In this document: piece after piece, positions 59,725 through 64,000 of the stretch
Layout: each line of letters opens with the position of its first letter
Numbering within the stretch: the first letter of the stretch is position 1
NCBI GenBank assembly: GCA_964291295.2
Contig: OZ219754.1
Location: forward strand, 96,001-160,000
Source: an uncultured Candidatus Binatia bacterium
GTDB taxonomy: Bacteria; Desulfobacterota; Binatia; UBA9968; JAJDTQ01
Direction of reading: 5' to 3'
DNA: 64,000 bases
Notes under the pieces: generated by a model
Databases searched by the model: none
What the model saw: only the letters and a program-made list of their open reading frames with translations
Told to the model about the DNA's origin: nothing
Translations under genes and position numbers: made by a program

Positions 59725-60331
59725 GTCTCGCGTCGGGCGTTCGGAAGGATTTCACGAATCGGAGAACGTATTTTCCGATGATGTCCGCTTCGAGGTTGAC
59801 TCTATCACCAACACCACGGCTCTGCAAATTCGTATTCGCCAGCGTGAAGGGGATGGTGGCCACCGAAAAGGACCGCGAGGTGCAGTCGTTGACGGTCAGG
59901 CTGATGCCGTCCACGGCAATGGAACCCTTGGGGACCAGAAGACGGGTGACCGCCGCCGGCGCGCGGAAGCGAAAGAACGTGAACTCGCCGCTCTTGTGAA
60001 TGCGCGCGACCTGCCCCACGGCATCCACGTGGCCGGTGACCATGTGCCCGCCCAGCCGCCCGCCCAGCTTGAGCGGCCGCTCCAGATTGAGGCGGTGGTC
60101 CTCGCGCACATCGTCGAGGTTCGTGCGCTTCAGGGTCTCGGGCGAAACGTCCACGGTGAGCCGCCGCCGGGCCTTCCGCACCACCGTCAGGCAACACCCG
60201 TTCACCGCGATGCTGTCCCCCGGGGAAATCTCGCGGCCGGGCAGCCCGGTCTCGAAGGTCAGTTCGCCCCCGCCGGTGCCGGCGCGCCAGCGGGAGACCC
60301 GGCCAACCTCTTCAATCAGTCCGGTAAACAT
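59705..60331 (-). CDS. ribE: Riboflavin synthase
   Basis: MFTGLIEE, GDSIAVNGCCLTV, LNLER, GGHMVTGHVD, KGSIAVDGISLT. Confidence 0.96.
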   Translation of the reverse strand: MFTGLIEEVGRVSRWRAGTGGGELTFETGLPGREISPGDSIAVNGCCLTVVRKARRRLTVDVSPETLKRTNLDDVREDHRLNLERPLKLGGRLGGHMVTGHVDAVGQVARIHKSGEFTFFRFRAPAAVTRLLVPKGSIAVDGISLTVNDCTSRSFSVATIPFTLANTNLQSRGVGDRVNLEADIIGKYVLRFVKSFRTPDARHVTDLD

Positions 60332-61449
60332 GAGCCTCCGCGCTTCGTGGGCGACAGGTAGGCGGTGATCAGTATATCGTCGCCGAGCCGCCTCACGACC
60401 GTTTCCGCAAGCCGCGGGGAGCCGCGCATGCGCGTGACGCCGAGATCCCCCATCATGGGCAGCCCGTCGCCGCCAATGAACTTCGGCGCATAGAAGCACA
60501 ACACCTTGTCCACAACCTTTTCCGCGATGGCCCGGCTCGCCGTCACGCCGCCTCCCTCCATCATGACGCTGAGCACTCCGGCGCGGGCCAGCTTCCGGAA
60601 CACCCGCCTGAACGAGATGCGGCCGTGCCGCACGGGGAAACTCCACACCTGGACTCCCAGATCCTCGAGGCGCTTCCTCCGGACCGCGGGAGCGGCGTCT
60701 CCCGTGACCACCACGGTCTTCTCGGGCTGCCGCTGCCGGACCAGCCTGGCGGTGACCGGCGTGCGCAACCTTCCATCCAGCACGATGCGCCAAGGATCCC
60801 GTCCTCCCGGCAGCCGACAGGTGAGCTGGGGATCGTCGGCCAGCACCGTGCCCGAGCCCACCAGCACGGCGTCGAGTTCGTTGCGCAGCCGGTGCACGTA
60901 TTTCCGGGCGGCGGGCCCTGTCACCCACCTGGAATCACCGGTCGCGGTGGCGATCCTGCCGTCCAGGGACGCGGCCAGCTTGAGGGTCACGAAGGGCAGC
61001 CCGCGTGTGACGTGCTTGACGAAGCCCTCGTTCAGGCGGCGGCATTCCTCTTCGCGCAGCGGCGCTTCGACCCGGATGCCGGCTTTCCTCAGGGCCTCCA
61101 GCCCGCGGCCGGCCACCATGGGATTGGGGTCCACCATGCCCGCCACGACGCGCCCGACGCCCGCCTCGATCACCGCCCGGGTGCACGGCGGCGTACGGCC
61201 GAAGTGGCCGCAGGGTTCCAGGTTGACATAGAGCGTGGCGCCGCGGGCCGCCCCGCCCGCCTGCCGGAGCGCCACCACCTCGGCATGGTCGCCGCCGGCC
61301 CGGGCATGATAGCCCCGCCCCACGATTCGCCCGTCCCGCACCACCACCGCCCCCACCATGGGGTTGGGACTGGTCCTGCCGGCGCCCCGGCGCGCCAGCC
61401 CGAGGGCCGCCCGCATGTACCGGCGGTCGCTGTCCCGGGAAACGTCCAC
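60316..61449 (-). CDS. ribD: Riboflavin biosynthesis deaminase/reductase
   Basis: TSPNPMVGAV, HAEV, NLEPCGHFGRTPPC, KLAASLDG, DDPQLTCR, MEGG; start approximate. Confidence 0.95.
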   Translation of the reverse strand: MDVSRDSDRRYMRAALGLARRGAGRTSPNPMVGAVVVRDGRIVGRGYHARAGGDHAEVVALRQAGGAARGATLYVNLEPCGHFGRTPPCTRAVIEAGVGRVVAGMVDPNPMVAGRGLEALRKAGIRVEAPLREEECRRLNEGFVKHVTRGLPFVTLKLAASLDGRIATATGDSRWVTGPAARKYVHRLRNELDAVLVGSGTVLADDPQLTCRLPGGRDPWRIVLDGRLRTPVTARLVRQRQPEKTVVVTGDAAPAVRRKRLEDLGVQVWSFPVRHGRISFRRVFRKLARAGVLSVMMEGGGVTASRAIAEKVVDKVLCFYAPKFIGGDGLPMMGDLGVTRMRGSPRLAETVVRRLGDDILITAYLSPTKRGGSCLPD

Positions 61450-61521
61450 CAAACGTCCAGCCCCTTTCCAAGGGAAGCCGCTGGCGGCAAGTCCAACACC
61501 GTTCGCGCCAGCGCCCACCCG

Positions 61522-62073
61522 CTATTCTTTACCGGAGGGGACGGGCGTGCCCGCGCGCGGGGTCTTCCTTCGTGTCCTCTTGCGGGGGGTCCCCGCGCCC
61601 GTTCCCGCGGCCCCGTGTCCGCGGCCGTTCAGCAGCTCCTCCAGTTCCGCCCTGAATTCGTTGAGATCCCTGAAGGAGCGGTAGACCGACGCGAACCGTA
61701 CATAGGCCACCGGATCGGTGTCATGAAGCTCGCGCATCGCCGCCTCGCCGATGATCGCGCCCGGTATCTCCTTCTCGCCTCGTTCCTGGATCCCGCGCTC
61801 GATACGGTCGGTGATGGCCTCGATGGCAGCCATGCTGACGGGGCGTTTCTGACAGGCGCGCTTCAGGCCGTTGATGATCTTGAGCCGGTCGAAGGCCTCG
61901 CGGCGCCCGTCCTTCTTCACCACCATGGGCATGGTCTCTTCCACCCGCTCGTAGGTGGTGAAGCGGCGCGCGCACGAGAGGCACTCCCTGCGCCGCCGGA
62001 TCATCTCGCCGTCTTTCCCGAGACGGGAATCGATGACGTGGTTGCTGGCCTGGCGGCAAAAGGGGCATTTCAT
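61522..62073 (-). CDS. nrdR: Transcriptional repressor NrdR
   Basis: [27 protein letters not shown] cone, [10 protein letters not shown]. Confidence 0.96.
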   Translation of the reverse strand: MKCPFCRQASNHVIDSRLGKDGEMIRRRRECLSCARRFTTYERVEETMPMVVKKDGRREAFDRLKIINGLKRACQKRPVSMAAIEAITDRIERGIQERGEKEIPGAIIGEAAMRELHDTDPVAYVRFASVYRSFRDLNEFRAELEELLNGRGHGAAGTGAGTPRKRTRRKTPRAGTPVPSGKE

Positions 62074-62112
62074 GGGATGCCCGACGCTTCCGGGACACGG
62101 CGGTCCGAGTTG

Positions 62113-63372
62113 TCAGGCCGCTGCCGTGTTCCTTCGATAGACGGGAAAGCACTCGCACAGCGCCCGCACTTCGGCGGCCACGGCGGCGAGGCCGGCGTCG
62201 TCCCCGACCCGGGCGAGGGCGCGCTGAATCAACTCGGCGATGGCGCGCATCTCCGGTTCGTTCATGCCGCGGGTGGTAACGGCCGGGGTTCCGATGCGCA
62301 CCCCGCTGGTGACGAACGGAGAGCGGGTCTCGAACGGCACGGTGTTGCGGTTCGCGGTGATCCCCGCCTGCTCCAGCGTCTCCTGGGCAAGTTTTCCGGT
62401 GAGCTCCGAGTTCCGCAGGTCCATGAGCAGAAGGTGGTTGTCGGTACCGCCCGAGACCAGGCGGAACCCCCGATCCGCCAGCGCGCCCGCCAGGGCCCCG
62501 GCATTGGCCACGACCTGCCGCTGATAGGCGGCGAACTCCGGCGCCGCCGCTTCCTTCAACGCCACCGCCTTGGCCGCGACGACATGCATGAGCGGGCCTC
62601 CCTGCATGCCGGGGAACACCCGGCTGTTGAGGGTCTTGGCATGCTCCTGGCGACAGAGGATCATTCCCCCGCGAGGCCCGCGCAGCGTCTTGTGCGTCGT
62701 CGTCGTGACATAGTCCGCGAAGGGGACCGGGCTCGGGTGGCAGCCGGCGGCCACCAGACCGGCGATGTGGGCCATGTCCACCATCAGCAGGGCTCCCACC
62801 TCGTCGGCGATGGCGCGAAACCGTTCATAGTCAAGAGTTCTCGGGTAGGCGCTGGCGCCGGCGACGATGAGCCGCGGGCGATGCTCCCGGGCCAGCTCCG
62901 CCAGGGCATCGTAGTCGATGGTCTCGGTTTCCGCCGACACGCCGTAGGGCACCACGTTGTACAGCCGGCCGGAGAAGTTCGCGGGGCTCCCCATGGAAAG
63001 GTGGCCGCCGTGGGAGAGGTCCATGCCGAGATAGGTGTCTCCGGGGTTCAGAACCGCGAAGTAGACCGCCATGTTGGCCTGGGTCCCGGAGTGGGGCTGG
63101 ACGTTCGCATGCTCCGCCCCGAACAGTTCCCGGGCCCGCTCCATGGCCAGGCGCTCCACCACGTCCACATGCTCGCACCCGCCGTAGTAGCGCCGTCCGG
63201 GATAGCCCTCGGCGTACTTGTTGGTCATGAGGCAACCCTGCGCCTCGAGAACCGCTTCGCTCACCACATTCTCGGAAGCGATCAGCTCCAGGTTGCACTC
63301 CAGGCGCTCGCCCTCCTTGTGGATCGCCTCGAAAACCTCCGGGTCGACGTGTTCCAGGCCTGCGGTGATCAT
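62113..63372 (-). CDS. glyA: Serine hydroxymethyltransferase
   Basis: [48 protein letters not shown]. Confidence 0.97.
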   Translation of the reverse strand: MITAGLEHVDPEVFEAIHKEGERLECNLELIASENVVSEAVLEAQGCLMTNKYAEGYPGRRYYGGCEHVDVVERLAMERARELFGAEHANVQPHSGTQANMAVYFAVLNPGDTYLGMDLSHGGHLSMGSPANFSGRLYNVVPYGVSAETETIDYDALAELAREHRPRLIVAGASAYPRTLDYERFRAIADEVGALLMVDMAHIAGLVAAGCHPSPVPFADYVTTTTHKTLRGPRGGMILCRQEHAKTLNSRVFPGMQGGPLMHVVAAKAVALKEAAAPEFAAYQRQVVANAGALAGALADRGFRLVSGGTDNHLLLMDLRNSELTGKLAQETLEQAGITANRNTVPFETRSPFVTSGVRIGTPAVTTRGMNEPEMRAIAELIQRALARVGDDAGLAAVAAEVRALCECFPVYRRNTAAA

Positions 63373-63605
63373 CGGTGGCTTTCGATGTACTCGATCACGT
63401 CCTGAACCGTCTTGATCTTTTCGGCGTCCTCGTCGGATATCTCCATCTCGTACTCTTCCTCCAACGCCATGACCAACTCGACGATATCCAGCGAATCGGC
63501 TCCCAGATCCTCGATGAACGACGCGTCCGGACTGACCTCCGTGTCGCTCACTCCCAGTTGTTCGCAGATGATCTGCTTGACCCGCGCATCAATGTCTGTT
63601 GCCAT
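63369..63605 (-). CDS. acpP: Acyl carrier protein
   Basis: [20 protein letters not shown]; stop overlaps the glyA ATG. Confidence 0.96.
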   Translation of the reverse strand: MATDIDARVKQIICEQLGVSDTEVSPDASFIEDLGADSLDIVELVMALEEEYEMEISDEDAEKIKTVQDVIEYIESHR

Positions 63606-63678
63606 GTGTACTTCCTTTCTCGTCTCTCCCCCGGTGCTGCGTTCCGAAGACCCGGGACATCTGAAGGCAGCGCCATGT

Positions 63679-63708
63679 GTCGATCCCCGAACCGTCGATC
63701 CCCGAACC
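63679..63708. repeat. 15-bp perfect tandem repeat in the fabG-acpP spacer
   Basis: GTCGATCCCCGAACC twice. Confidence 0.7.
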
Positions 63709-63788
63709 ATTCCCCGGCCGGGCACTCCCCGGCGGGGAGGGCGTCGGAGGGCTGTTGAACCCACCTCCACGACAACTCCACCGTGAAG

Positions 63789-64000
63789 TCACATGTACAG
63801 GCCGCCATTGACGGCGATGGTCTGTCCCGTGATGTAGCGGCCCCCCGGACCTGCCAGAAACGCCACCGCCCCGGCTACGTCGTCGCTGCCGCCGAACCGT
63901 CCCAAGGGAATCAGGTCAAGATACTTGCTCCGGGTGTCCTCGTCCAGAGCGGCGGTCATGTCCGTTTCGATGAAGCCGGGAGCCACGGCATTGACCGTGA
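63789..64000 (-). CDS. fabG: 3-oxoacyl-ACP reductase, C-terminal fragment (truncated by window end)
   Basis: [37 protein letters not shown]; upstream of acpP. Confidence 0.92.
   Translation of the reverse strand, partial: TVNAVAPGFIETDMTAALDEDTRSKYLDLIPLGRFGGSDDVAGAVAFLAGPGGRYITGQTIAVNGGLYM

Noticed and set aside
130-63405. Many long antisense or alternate-frame ORFs (e.g. 4389-6545, 12796-15021, 17907-20087, 55450-57636, 60625-63405)
   Set aside because: Shadows of real genes in high-GC DNA; no recognisable motifs and they overlap well-supported CDSs

Overview
GC-rich bacterial chromosomal segment with an intact housekeeping block and an accessory/decaying middle. Gene order (fabG-acpP-glyA-nrdR-rib-nusB-leuS-lptE, rpsT/murJ) and gene content suggest a deltaproteobacterial-type diderm, possibly Binatia-like; this is inference only. 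1-12 kb: polyphosphate-related neighbourhood (ppk1 3' end, speA, Fe ABC permease, Kef antiporter, polyP glucokinase, CYTH-CHAD, ParA, HU, TreT-like glycosyltransferase, DUF502). 12-20 kb: minus-strand run of formyltransferase, aryl-CoA ligase, hcrCAB (4-hydroxybenzoyl-CoA reductase-like) and an EHD/dynamin-like NTPase. 20-33 kb: a DUF924/anti-sigma-kinase fusion divergent from a seven-gene redox cluster. The cluster encodes penta-, tetra- and decaheme c cytochromes, a beta-barrel, an FAD/NAD/2Fe-2S reductase, a cNMP-domain/4x[4Fe-4S] protein and a di-heme-b-like membrane protein, and is the best candidate for an uncharacterised system. 33-42 kb: an NYN RNase preceded by a promoter, a ~60-nt two-hairpin RNA and a terminator (type III TA-like layout), a VOC enzyme, a frameshifted carbonic anhydrase, an RTX gene with an in-frame stop, and IS66, Rpn, integrase and IS remnants. 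42-52 kb: degenerate IspH + UbiD + LOG operon, HsdR_N-type nuclease, MFS, pncB, aldolase, tatC, Lpp-like lipoprotein. 52-64 kb: core genes, including a RibBA whose RibB half has lost catalytic motifs. No rRNA, tRNA or CRISPR array was seen. All calls come from motif recognition by eye; no database searches were run.
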